57,785 nt of DNA, from the IMG/VR virus record IMGVR_UViG_3300037339_000276, positions 1 to 57,785 of that record. One strand, 5' to 3'. Positions within the stretch are counted from its first letter, which is position 1. Each line of letters starts with the position of its first letter. Shown here piece by piece: positions 24,978 through 32,918 of this stretch. The notes under the pieces were generated by a model. It saw nothing but the letters and a program-made list of their open reading frames with translations, ran no database searches and was not told where the DNA came from. This DNA is from a virus. Lineage: Duplodnaviria > Caudoviricetes. Position numbers and translations under genes: made by a program.

Positions 24978-25821
24978 GGGTAGAAACGAGCCGCTGGATC
25001 ACGTTCTTCTTAATGGACCGCCAGGGTTGGGTAAAACAACCTTAGCTTTGATTATTGCCAATATGATGGAAAGGAAGTTGAAGATCATTCTGGGGCCTAG
25101 TTTAGGGGGTCCTAGGGATGTGGTAACTCTGGTGCTCTTGCTTCCAAAAAGTACAGATCTTTTCATTGACGAGATCCATAGGGTAAGAAAAGCAACTCAA
25201 GAAGTTCTATATCCTCTACTTGAAGACGGGATTTTACATTCTACTCTATCTTCTGCTGAGATGCCAGTACCCCCAATGACGATCATGGGAGCAACTACTA
25301 ATATTGGTAGATTGGAACAGCCCTTCATTGACAGGTTCGGGCTACAGTTCCAGCTACAATATTATAAGGTAGATGAGTTAGCAACTATTCTTGCTGCCTC
25401 AGCTGAGAAACTAAAAGTCAAGGTTGATAATGATGTTCTAGTTCATATCGCACAAAGATCTAGAGGAACTCCACGGATTGCCAACAACATTCTAAAAAGG
25501 GTCAGGGACTACTCTGTGGTTCTCAAGGTGGATAAAACTACTCCCGAGTTCACTGACAAGATCATTTTAGAGAAACTGAGAACTGACGAACTTGGGCTGA
25601 GGCCATTGGATTATAGATATCTTAGAACACTGAATAGAGCTCCAGCTAGTATTGGAGTACAGACTATTGCATCCACAATCAATGAGGAGGTGGAGACAGT
25701 AGAAGACTTTATCGAACCATTCTTACTTAGCTTAGGGTTCATTCAAAGGGAAAGAACGGGTCGATGTCTTACAGAGGCTGGAGACAAGTTTATAGCTGGG
25801 AAAGGTAGAATGTGGAAATGA
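24877..25821 (+). CDS. ruvB: RuvB-family Holliday junction branch-migration AAA+ ATPase
   Basis: LRPATLEGYIGQ, LDHVLLNGPPGLGKTT, LFIDEIHR, GATT, DRFG, SRGTPRIAN, EPFLL..GFIQR..TGR. Confidence 0.92.
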   Translation: MLKTRDNLRPATLEGYIGQEQVKDLLETSILAAKGRNEPLDHVLLNGPPGLGKTTLALIIANMMERKLKIILGPSLGGPRDVVTLVLLLPKSTDLFIDEIHRVRKATQEVLYPLLEDGILHSTLSSAEMPVPPMTIMGATTNIGRLEQPFIDRFGLQFQLQYYKVDELATILAASAEKLKVKVDNDVLVHIAQRSRGTPRIANNILKRVRDYSVVLKVDKTTPEFTDKIILEKLRTDELGLRPLDYRYLRTLNRAPASIGVQTIASTINEEVETVEDFIEPFLLSLGFIQRERTGRCLTEAGDKFIAGKGRMWK

Positions 25822-26093
25822 TGATTCTGAATGGGGATGATGATTTCTACGAGGAGTCAGAGTTCGAGCCTTCTGACATGGATGAGGAGGATTGGGACGG
25901 TAGTAGGTTGGAATTTCAAGATCCAGGAGGCAATTCAGCTCTGAGAGCAGCCTCTCCAACCAACCCAAGAAACCTCCCATGCCCCACCTGTGGAAGGAAG
26001 AACATGCTAACACCAAAGGATGTTGCACTTCACTACCAGTGTGATTATTGTGCTGATGCTGCAGAAGGGATTGGTTTTGGTGGCGAGTACTAA
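25812..26093 (+). CDS. Hypothetical acidic zinc-ribbon protein
   Basis: CPTCG...CDYC. Confidence 0.65.
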   Translation: MEMMILNGDDDFYEESEFEPSDMDEEDWDGSRLEFQDPGGNSALRAASPTNPRNLPCPTCGRKNMLTPKDVALHYQCDYCADAAEGIGFGGEY

Positions 26094-26241
26094 GAAGAAG
26101 TTCGTTACTTATGATGAAGCTGAGAAGGTAGCTAAGTTGGTTGAACTTCAAGCCAAGGGTATTTATGTTCGTGAGTTCCATTATGGTGGAAAGTATGGAA
26201 AGCCCAAGCCCAACCGCTGGGAACTCTTCTGGGAGGAATGA
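26080..26241 (+). CDS. Hypothetical protein
   Basis: 3' part of track ORF 26020-26241 from a GTG start. Confidence 0.45.
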   Translation: MASTKKKFVTYDEAEKVAKLVELQAKGIYVREFHYGGKYGKPKPNRWELFWEE

Positions 26242-26444
26242 TGCAGAGGCTGAAACCAGATCTAACTACTATCCAGTCAGAGCCACGTGTAGTAGTAATT
26301 TTTAGTGAGTATGAGAAAAATATCCTTCTTGCTTTACTACATCATCCCATGATTGATAGTTTGAGTTTGCCCATTACTGGCAAGAGATTTGATCTAACTG
26401 CTATCAAGCGGTTTCGTGAGATGGCACATGAACTTGAGAGATAA
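26238..26444 (+). CDS. Hypothetical protein
   Basis: SD ggagg, ATGA coupling. Confidence 0.6.
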   Translation: MMQRLKPDLTTIQSEPRVVVIFSEYEKNILLALLHHPMIDSLSLPITGKRFDLTAIKRFREMAHELER

Positions 26445-26473
26445 TATGAGGTTGAAGTGTTTTTACAAACTCC

Positions 26474-26502
26474 TTGACAATCAGAACCTAGGAATATATA
26501 AT
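26474..26502 (+). promoter_or_regulatory. Strong early promoter (second copy of the 21591 cassette)
   Basis: Perfect TTGACA-N17-TATAAT preceded by gtgtttttacaaactc. Confidence 0.88.
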
Positions 26503-26565
26503 ACTATTGACGGACCAGACGGTCACGTCACGCGGAACCAATCCGCTTAGGTTAGGAGGTAGAAT

Positions 26566-26955
26566 ATGAGAATTGGGTTTACTGGTACAAGAGTTGGGAT
26601 GTCCGGTAAGCAGAAGAAAGAACTGAAGAAACTCTTGATGGGAGCTTCTGAGTTTCACCACGGGGATTGTGTAGGGGCTGATGCTGAAGCAGATCAAATA
26701 GCCCGTGAGTTGGGTGTTAGAATCTTCATTCATCCACCTGAGATAAAGGATCTGAGAGCATATTGCTATCAGCCTGCTGACGTAATGTTTAACCCACGAC
26801 CTTACCTTGATAGGAACAAGGATATCGTTAACTCAACAGACTTTCTTATTGGTGCTCCTAGTACTGACAATGAGCAGATGAGGTCTGGAACTTGGTCTAC
26901 TATTAGGTATGGTCGTAAAGTTGGAAAAAGAGTTGTTATACTTAGGAGGAAGTAG
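26566..26955 (+). CDS. SLOG-superfamily (DprA/YspA-like Rossmann fold) protein
   Basis: IGFTGTR, HGDCVGAD, RNKDIV, SGTWSTIRY. Confidence 0.8.
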   Translation: MRIGFTGTRVGMSGKQKKELKKLLMGASEFHHGDCVGADAEADQIARELGVRIFIHPPEIKDLRAYCYQPADVMFNPRPYLDRNKDIVNSTDFLIGAPSTDNEQMRSGTWSTIRYGRKVGKRVVILRRK

Positions 26956-26959
26956 GGTA

Positions 26960-27202
26960 ATGACGGAATTGGAGTTCATGGGGGATGAGGATAGTTGGCC
27001 TGGATGGCCTATCCTCCCGCTGAAGAAGAAGGGTTCAGTACATGATGAAAAGGGTACTGGTGTTCTAGTAGCTGGTCATGGACCCGTGATCTATCTGATC
27101 AACATGTATGCCATCACTGGACTAGCCTCTATCAAAGCTGCCGAGCAACTCAAGTTTGATTCACTTACGGCTATTGTAGATAACGGATGGGTGGTAGACT
27201 AA
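26960..27202 (+). CDS. Hypothetical protein
   Basis: ATG at 26960 within track ORF 26909-27202; WPGWPILPLK...GWVVD. Confidence 0.6.
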   Translation: MTELEFMGDEDSWPGWPILPLKKKGSVHDEKGTGVLVAGHGPVIYLINMYAITGLASIKAAEQLKFDSLTAIVDNGWVVD

Positions 27203-27203
27203 G

Positions 27204-27494
27204 ATGAGCATGACCGATGAAGAGAAGTTAGTTCTAGCAAAAGATCTTCTAGAGAGATTTGTTCTGGATGAGTCCGGCTTCGCTCAGTCGGAAGCAACAG
27301 CTTATCTGGAGGGGCACGAGGGGTTTGAGGTTGAGTGGGTTCTGAATAGAGAAGGTGATATCCTCCTTTTACTTCTCTGGAAGTATAGTCCAGATCCATT
27401 GCATGCTATGGAAGAGGAGTTCATTATCGAGTTTGCTGGGCATGATGCTAACATCGTTTCTGTCTTCAACCTGGCGAAGTCGGTTCAGCTATGA
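27204..27494 (+). CDS. Hypothetical protein
   Basis: Tightly packed operon ORF. Confidence 0.6.
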   Translation: MSMTDEEKLVLAKDLLERFVLDESGFAQSEATAYLEGHEGFEVEWVLNREGDILLLLLWKYSPDPLHAMEEEFIIEFAGHDANIVSVFNLAKSVQL

Positions 27495-27760
27495 AGAACA
27501 TTAGGGGAAGTCACCGCCCTCCTGTGAATCCGGATGTTAATGTTATCCACGAGGAGGTTTGGCTAGTCAAACGAGTTGGTAGGTTAGATGAGGTGGTCAA
27601 TAGAGAAACCGGAAGTATTAGGTACAGGGTGAAGATTTGGGATGAGGGTAGAGATGCCTTTGTTACTCAGAACTTCAATGACCAAGTGCCCGCTGAGGAT
27701 TTCCTTGAGGGGTTGAAGGAAGATGGCGAGCGCCATCATAAGTTTAGGTTGGAGGATTAG
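27491..27760 (+). CDS. Hypothetical protein
   Basis: ATGA coupling. Confidence 0.6.
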   Translation: MKNIRGSHRPPVNPDVNVIHEEVWLVKRVGRLDEVVNRETGSIRYRVKIWDEGRDAFVTQNFNDQVPAEDFLEGLKEDGERHHKFRLED

Positions 27761-27763
27761 ATC

Positions 27764-28003
27764 ATGGCTAAGTCTGGTAGTGAAACAATCATCCTCGAGC
27801 GTCATGAGTTCATCGGTGAGATTGTACCCGGGTCTGGTACTGAGTCTATGGTAGTTGCTGCTTTCAAGATGGCTGGGGAATACCTCAGTGAGCATGATGA
27901 TCAGACCGGGGTAAATATCGAGTTCAAGTACTACGGCAGAACTTTTAATGCTTCTCTCCTACCTGACGAGAGCCTTTCTTCAGTTAGGAAGGATGATTAT
28001 TGA
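27764..28003 (+). CDS. Hypothetical protein
   Basis: SD ggagg. Confidence 0.6.
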   Translation: MAKSGSETIILERHEFIGEIVPGSGTESMVVAAFKMAGEYLSEHDDQTGVNIEFKYYGRTFNASLLPDESLSSVRKDDY

Positions 28004-28305
28004 TGGCTGGTCTTCTTGAGAATATTAGGGTTGGGAAGTACGACGCTAGCTTAGATAGGATCATTGATGCTTGCAGATCTAGGAAAGAGAACCGCATCTA
28101 TAGCCTCAAGCCTGGAGATAAAGTAAAGTTCTCTGACTCGGTTCGGCCTGAATATCTTCGAGGAGTAGAATCCACAATCATCTCATGGCGCCGTACTAAG
28201 GTATTGATCCAGATGGATCCGTCAGCTAACTACGCTGGACGCTTCCTTAGAGGCGGCGGTAGGATCATCGCACACCCATCTGGACTCATCCCTGTGGAGG
28301 ATTAG
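28000..28305 (+). CDS. Hypothetical protein, possible SH3/KOW-like fold
   Basis: LKPGDKVKF motif. Confidence 0.6.
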   Translation: MMAGLLENIRVGKYDASLDRIIDACRSRKENRIYSLKPGDKVKFSDSVRPEYLRGVESTIISWRRTKVLIQMDPSANYAGRFLRGGGRIIAHPSGLIPVED

Positions 28306-28307
28306 CT

Positions 28308-28529
28308 ATGAGAAGTTACCTGGATGATCCAGAGCATGACTGGTCAATTGATCCGACTGCGGGTGATGGAACATCCTTAAACTCTCTGATGAATGAACTC
28401 TGTAGTAGGTTGACTGAGGAAGAGGAGCTACAAATCATCTTTAGGGGTTATGCTGGGTTGAAGATGAGATATCCAGAAGCTTCGGATCCAGAATGCCTCC
28501 AAACCTCTATGATTTGGTATTACGGATGA
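28308..28529 (+). CDS. Hypothetical protein
   Basis: SD ggagg. Confidence 0.6.
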   Translation: MRSYLDDPEHDWSIDPTAGDGTSLNSLMNELCSRLTEEEELQIIFRGYAGLKMRYPEASDPECLQTSMIWYYG

Positions 28530-28714
28530 AGTACGAAATCCTCAAGCCTACTTGTGTAGCTTGTCAGAAGGAGATTGATAGTCCGGCTGATTGTATCATG
28601 GAAAGTTTTAGGCTCGGCATTCCCATCCATACCGAGTGCAGTAAGGTTGTTGATAGGTTTTTAGCTGCCTGGCAAAAAGCATTCGGAGTAGAGTATGGAG
28701 CTGGTGATGATTGA
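28526..28714 (+). CDS. Hypothetical zinc-binding protein
   Basis: CVAC...HTEC; ATGA coupling at 28526. Confidence 0.55.
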   Translation: MKYEILKPTCVACQKEIDSPADCIMESFRLGIPIHTECSKVVDRFLAAWQKAFGVEYGAGDD

Positions 28715-28994
28715 GAATGAGTACCCAGCTGTTGACCAGAAGCTTTTAGAAGATCGTATGCCGTCAGAGTTACTAGATCCTCTGGAGAAAGAAGATATCT
28801 CTCAAGTTCTGGGTGACTGGCTTGGGATCAACGATATGCATGATCAAAATGAGGGTGACTTTGATGAGCCAGGTGGGTACGGTGAGTTCATCCGTTTCTA
28901 CCTTCGAGTAGCTAGGATCTACTATGTATTCACGGGCTGTGACTATCTCTGCAATCATAGCTATCTCACTAACTTTGAGGGGAGGGCAGTCTAG
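28695..28994 (+). CDS. Hypothetical protein
   Basis: Last ORF of the operon. Confidence 0.55.
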   Translation: MELVMIENEYPAVDQKLLEDRMPSELLDPLEKEDISQVLGDWLGINDMHDQNEGDFDEPGGYGEFIRFYLRVARIYYVFTGCDYLCNHSYLTNFEGRAV

Positions 28995-29020
28995 GGTTAG
29001 GTACTAAGTTTACAAAATCC

Positions 29021-29050
29021 TTGACAACTACAATCAGGTTGTTATATAAT
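29021..29050 (+). promoter_or_regulatory. Sigma70-type promoter
   Basis: TTGACA-N18-TATAAT preceded by tttacaaaatcc. Confidence 0.8.
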
Positions 29051-29096
29051 AGTTATGTAGAGGGACAGAAAGTCCTTCATCACAAGGAGGCCAGAA

Positions 29097-29630
29097 GTGG
29101 CAACAGCTAAGGCGACGGCGAAGAAGGCTACAGCCCCGGCGGTCGTGGAAGAGCCTGAGGAAGACGACGAGATCGAGGCTCTGGACGAGGTCGAGGAAGA
29201 GGTTGAGGCGCCGGCCAAGAAGCCGCGGGCAAAGAAGGCAAAGGCCGTCAAGGAAGAGCTTGAGGGTTACACCACTAAGGAAGTCGGCGAGATGCTGGGG
29301 ATTGCTCCAGTTAAGCTCCGCCGAATCCTTCGCACTGATGACTTCTTCAACGACAAGGGGTACACACGCTACCGCCTGAGCGATGAGGATGTTGAGCGGA
29401 TCAAGGCTGCCATTGCAGCTGGAGCGACGGCTGAGAAGAAGCCTCGCACCAAGAAGGCGACGAAGGCAAAGAAGACCCAGGAAGCGGCAGAGGATGTCTC
29501 CGCTGAACTGGAAGAGCTGGACGACCTCGCCGATGAGGATGAGGAAGTTGCGGATATTGACCTCGAGGATGATACCGAGTCTGAGGATGAGGACCTTGAG
29601 GAAGAGGAGGAAGAGGAAGACGACGAGTAA
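29097..29630 (+). CDS. HTH protein with Lys/Ala-rich and very acidic tracts (nucleoid-like or DNA-mimic candidate)
   Basis: YTTKEVGEMLGIAPVKLRRILR HTH; AKKPRAKKAK tracts; D/E tail; SD aggagg. Confidence 0.8.
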   Translation: MATAKATAKKATAPAVVEEPEEDDEIEALDEVEEEVEAPAKKPRAKKAKAVKEELEGYTTKEVGEMLGIAPVKLRRILRTDDFFNDKGYTRYRLSDEDVERIKAAIAAGATAEKKPRTKKATKAKKTQEAAEDVSAELEELDDLADEDEEVADIDLEDDTESEDEDLEEEEEEEDDE

Positions 29631-29645
29631 TCTCGTCTAACTCTC

Positions 29646-29684
29646 AAGAGGGTAGGTAGTTTAACCGCTATCTACCCTCTTTTT
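29646..29684 (+). terminator. Intrinsic terminator
   Basis: aagagggtaggtag/ctatctaccctctt stem plus T run. Confidence 0.85.
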
Positions 29685-29940
29685 GTACCTTCTTTGGCTA
29701 GGAACCTGGGTAGTTTCAAGATTGATCACCTCTTCTCGACACCAGGTTTGGTTCCGACACAGGAACATCCTGAAAGCTTCGGCTTTGGTAGATCAGGATC
29801 AGGCTCGGTAACATGGTAGTTGGGTTGGATCTTGAGGAACCGCAAGGCGCCTCTTTATAGGATTAGCTGTGCAGTTTAGGTTGGGAACCGCCTGTGGGGG
29901 ATCCCGTGGGGAGGGGTATCCATCTTCCCCATCTTTCCTG

Positions 29941-30087
29941 ATGGATGCCAATATCAATCCATGATGGATGCCAATATCAATCCCTATGGATGCCAATATC
30001 TATCCAAATGGATGCCAATATCTATCCAAGTGGATGCCAATATCATTGCCAGATGGATGCCAATATCATTGCCAGATGGATGCCAAT
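29941..30087 (+). repeat. Seven tandem copies of TGGATGCCAAT(ATC), period 22-23 bp
   Basis: Units start at 29941, 29964, 29986, 30008, 30030, 30053, 30076. Confidence 0.95.
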
Positions 30088-30493
30088 GACATTCCTGTAG
30101 CGGATCCATAGGATCTTAAGGAACTGGGGCTCTGGAAGTTAGGCTCCAAGGAACCTTGCATAGTAGATCTTGAGGAACTTGAGGAACCTAACGCAGGCTC
30201 TTTAGGTAGATTGATGAGTAGGATGCCTTGGACAAACTATGTGGATGCCATATACCTACACTTCTCCCATCTTTTTCCAGGATCAATCCCTCCCAGGACC
30301 ACTTTACTAAGGGAAGAGCTTATCAAACTTCGCGTTTTTGCCTTAAGAGCCCAAAGCTCTGCCTACCATCTTCCAATATTTTTGACGTTTTTTGTGACAA
30401 TATTGGCGGGCCGATAGTTGCTTGCGCACACAACGAGTCTGCGACCGACGAATAGACCCGCCCGACCGCAAGGGCCGAGCGGGTCCGAGTCTG

Positions 30494-30796
30494 TTACAGG
30501 TCCTCCTCAACGAGCGCGAGCGCGTCAGGGTCCATGTCTGGACCATAGCGGGTCGTCCCGCCCGTATGGTCGTCATCAGCACGCCCGCACCATGACCGGA
30601 CGTTGATACCGTCAGGGGATAGCACGAGGTCCCTGTCCCATGCGGGCGGTCGCAGACGAGCCTTGAGCGGTACGCGATCGCGCTCAATGACGATACGTCG
30701 CGCGGGCTGGCCACAGGGACATGACGCACCCATGATCGCCGCGACCGCAAGAGCGCGGTACGCGTCGTCAATGACGAGAGTGACGCTACGACGCAT
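30494..30796 (-). CDS. Hypothetical protein in the GC-rich island
   Basis: Overlaps the upstream ORF end; followed by a GC hairpin at about 30455-30485. Confidence 0.5.
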   Translation of the reverse strand: MRRSVTLVIDDAYRALAVAAIMGASCPCGQPARRIVIERDRVPLKARLRPPAWDRDLVLSPDGINVRSWCGRADDDHTGGTTRYGPDMDPDALALVEEDL

Positions 30797-31055
30797 CAGG
30801 AACGCTCGCAGTCTTAGGCTTGGCCGTGCGTGGCTTGCGGAGTGTCACGCCCGCACGCTTGGCGATGGACGCGACGAGCGCGGTACGCTCGGCGGCACTG
30901 TAGACGTGGACGAGACGTTCGGGATGCTTGACCTTATCGAACCGGGCCATCGTCGCGCGTGCGGTCGCGCGGACTTGCTTGTCCGTGACCGGGCGACCCA
31001 TCGCCTTGGACGCTTCCAGCGCGACCGCATGGGGACTAAACGTTTGTGCTGCCAT
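30786..31055 (-). CDS. Small basic, probably DNA-binding protein in the GC-rich island
   Basis: SD gaggag; HTH-like core and KPRTAKPK tail. Confidence 0.6.
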   Translation of the reverse strand: MAAQTFSPHAVALEASKAMGRPVTDKQVRATARATMARFDKVKHPERLVHVYSAAERTALVASIAKRAGVTLRKPRTAKPKTASVPDAS

Positions 31056-31377
31056 TGCAACACTCCTCTAGCACTGGGCCGATGGTCCACGCGCCATCGG
31101 TCCCGGTCAGACCGTAGCACGTCTGTACCCTGCGCGAGTCAATGTTAAAGAGGGTATTAGTAGCACGGAAGATGTAAATAGAAAAGCTAAGATTGATAAT
31201 AGTCAAGGGACTGGGACCGACGTGACAAGTGACTTTAGATTCGCCTGAGTGGATGCGTGAAGGGGCAAGATTACTTCTTTAGTATCTAAGTGGTATGTCT
31301 TTACTGTCGGTGACTTTTAGATTATTGCTGGGAAACTTAATAGGGGTAAGCTTTAAAATTTTGAAGATGAGCTAAAG

Positions 31378-31500
31378 CAAGCTTAGCAAACTGGAACGAC
31401 CCACTCGCCCTGTGGTATGAAGAGTTCAGTTTCTGGCTTAAGAACATAAACTGAACTCTTCATTTATGTCCACTCGTGGGTAAACGTAGTTTCTAAGCTT
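31378..31500. repeat. Nested inverted repeat with a perfect 16-bp core
   Basis: atgaagagttcagttt (31417-31432) / aaactgaactcttcat (31448-31463); outer acccac/gtgggt and aagcttag-aaact/agttt-ctaagctt. Confidence 0.8.
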
Positions 31501-31538
31501 ATAAACTTACTTTTCCCACAAGGCTAAGAACAGGATCC

Positions 31539-31567
31539 TTGACAAAGATTCTAAGATGGTTTAGGAT
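31539..31567 (+). promoter_or_regulatory. Putative promoter ahead of the packaging operon
   Basis: TTGACA-N17-TAGGAT; shares ccttgacaaagatt with the 15793-15821 promoter. Confidence 0.6.
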
Positions 31568-31737
31568 AGGAGCCAGGGAAGAGCTTCAACCGAATAATAC
31601 CATCTGGATCGACCCACCGGTCCTACTAGGGGAAGAGCTCCTACATCAAACTCCCGTATTCTTACGGTAGTGGGAAATGGTAGTTTAGCCTCGGCAGCTT
31701 CCATTGCTCTGGCACAACATAGGGAAGAGTTCAGGCT

Positions 31738-32253
31738 TTGTTTGTAGAAGAAATAATCTACTTTTACCAACAAACTTACCCAGAACGCCCCTGTGGTCAC
31801 AGCTCTCTATTCTACCTCTCTTCTAAGGATCAAACAGGTATTTTCTGCGGGCTATGTTGGCTCCAAGAAGCCTGGAACTCGGAGTTCCCTGGTCGCTTCC
31901 ACGAATACAAACTGCTTGCAGAAAACGGCAACCCAGAGACATCTCCAGCCTTTTGGAGTCATCTCAAGGCAAACCTAGGATTGATTCCCCCAAAACCCGA
32001 CGAGAACCTAGAAACATATCGCCTCGCGCGTAAGCGTTTATATGGGGAGCCGAATAAGAACAGATACCCCATCGCTTGGGCTCTGTATGAAGTACTCGGC
32101 GTTCAGCCAAAACTAGCCCGCCCTCTACTTCTCCACCTCTGTGGTTTTAGCTTTGATTACATCAGAGCTGAGAATCAGATGTCAACATACGGAGTTCATC
32201 AATCCATGTCGAAGGGGATTCGTCTGGTGGTTAGGAAGATAGTGAAGAAATGA
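31738..32253 (+). CDS. Hypothetical protein, possible C-terminal sigma-region-4-like HTH
   Basis: Cys motifs at the N-terminus; LLLHLCGFSFDYIR...VHQSMSKG; ATGA coupling to terS. Confidence 0.55.
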   Translation: MFVEEIIYFYQQTYPERPCGHSSLFYLSSKDQTGIFCGLCWLQEAWNSEFPGRFHEYKLLAENGNPETSPAFWSHLKANLGLIPPKPDENLETYRLARKRLYGEPNKNRYPIAWALYEVLGVQPKLARPLLLHLCGFSFDYIRAENQMSTYGVHQSMSKGIRLVVRKIVKK

Positions 32254-32918
32254 CAGAAGAAGTTCACGAAAAAGATCCAGTCTACGTAGAGAGAGCTCTT
32301 AGGGGCAGGGCCAATCCGAGAGTTCCCAAGGTTGAGCTATCGCTGCCTGATGACGCAACTGGTCATGATCGTAATCTTCTTCCTGCTGTTAGAGAAGGTT
32401 TAAGAGTAATAGATCCAAAACGAGAAACCTTCGAAGAGCGATCAGACAGGTTCCGAGCTCAGCGCCTCAAGTATGCTCCGATGCGAGCACACATGGAGAT
32501 GGCTGCGATGGCTCTCGCCGCCGGAGGCTCTTTTAGATTAGCTGCTACTCATGCTGGCGTTTCAGTTCGTCAGGTTAAGAAATACTACACTGACGCTGAA
32601 TTCCGTTCTCGCATTGAAGAACTTCGAAACACGATGTTCTCGAGGATTCGAGGCCGTGTTATCAAGGAAATGGAGAAGCGGACCGAGCCTGGGAAGATAG
32701 AGCAGATAGAACTATTAGATCTTCTCCGCGTATTCGACCGAGTTGCGGGACCGATAGGTGGGAAGGCCGGAGTGAATATCGCGGGTGATGTAAATGTTGG
32801 CACCACACAGTATGATACAATCATCGCAGCGGTCCTCGCTCAGAACTCCCCTACAGAAGAGCCGGATTTTCCGATCTTTGAACTTAACAGTTCTTCCAGC
32901 CCAAGCGAAGATTCATAG
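32250..32918 (+). CDS. terS: Putative terminase small subunit
   Basis: HTH (AATHAGVSVRQVKKY) immediately upstream of and overlapping terL. Confidence 0.65.
   Translation: MTEEVHEKDPVYVERALRGRANPRVPKVELSLPDDATGHDRNLLPAVREGLRVIDPKRETFEERSDRFRAQRLKYAPMRAHMEMAAMALAAGGSFRLAATHAGVSVRQVKKYYTDAEFRSRIEELRNTMFSRIRGRVIKEMEKRTEPGKIEQIELLDLLRVFDRVAGPIGGKAGVNIAGDVNVGTTQYDTIIAAVLAQNSPTEEPDFPIFELNSSSSPSEDS

Noticed and set aside
29369-29647. Poly-Ser minus-strand protein
   Set aside because: Antisense shadow of Glu/Asp codons
29941-30087. CRISPR or mini-CRISPR array
   Set aside because: Period is only 22-23 bp and the 7-8 nt linkers are themselves duplicated; no spacer-sized unique sequences and no cas operon
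30418-31148. Plus-strand ORFs 30418-30606 and 30603-31148
   Set aside because: Arg-rich shadow frames of GC-rich DNA; SD and hairpins favour the minus-strand genes
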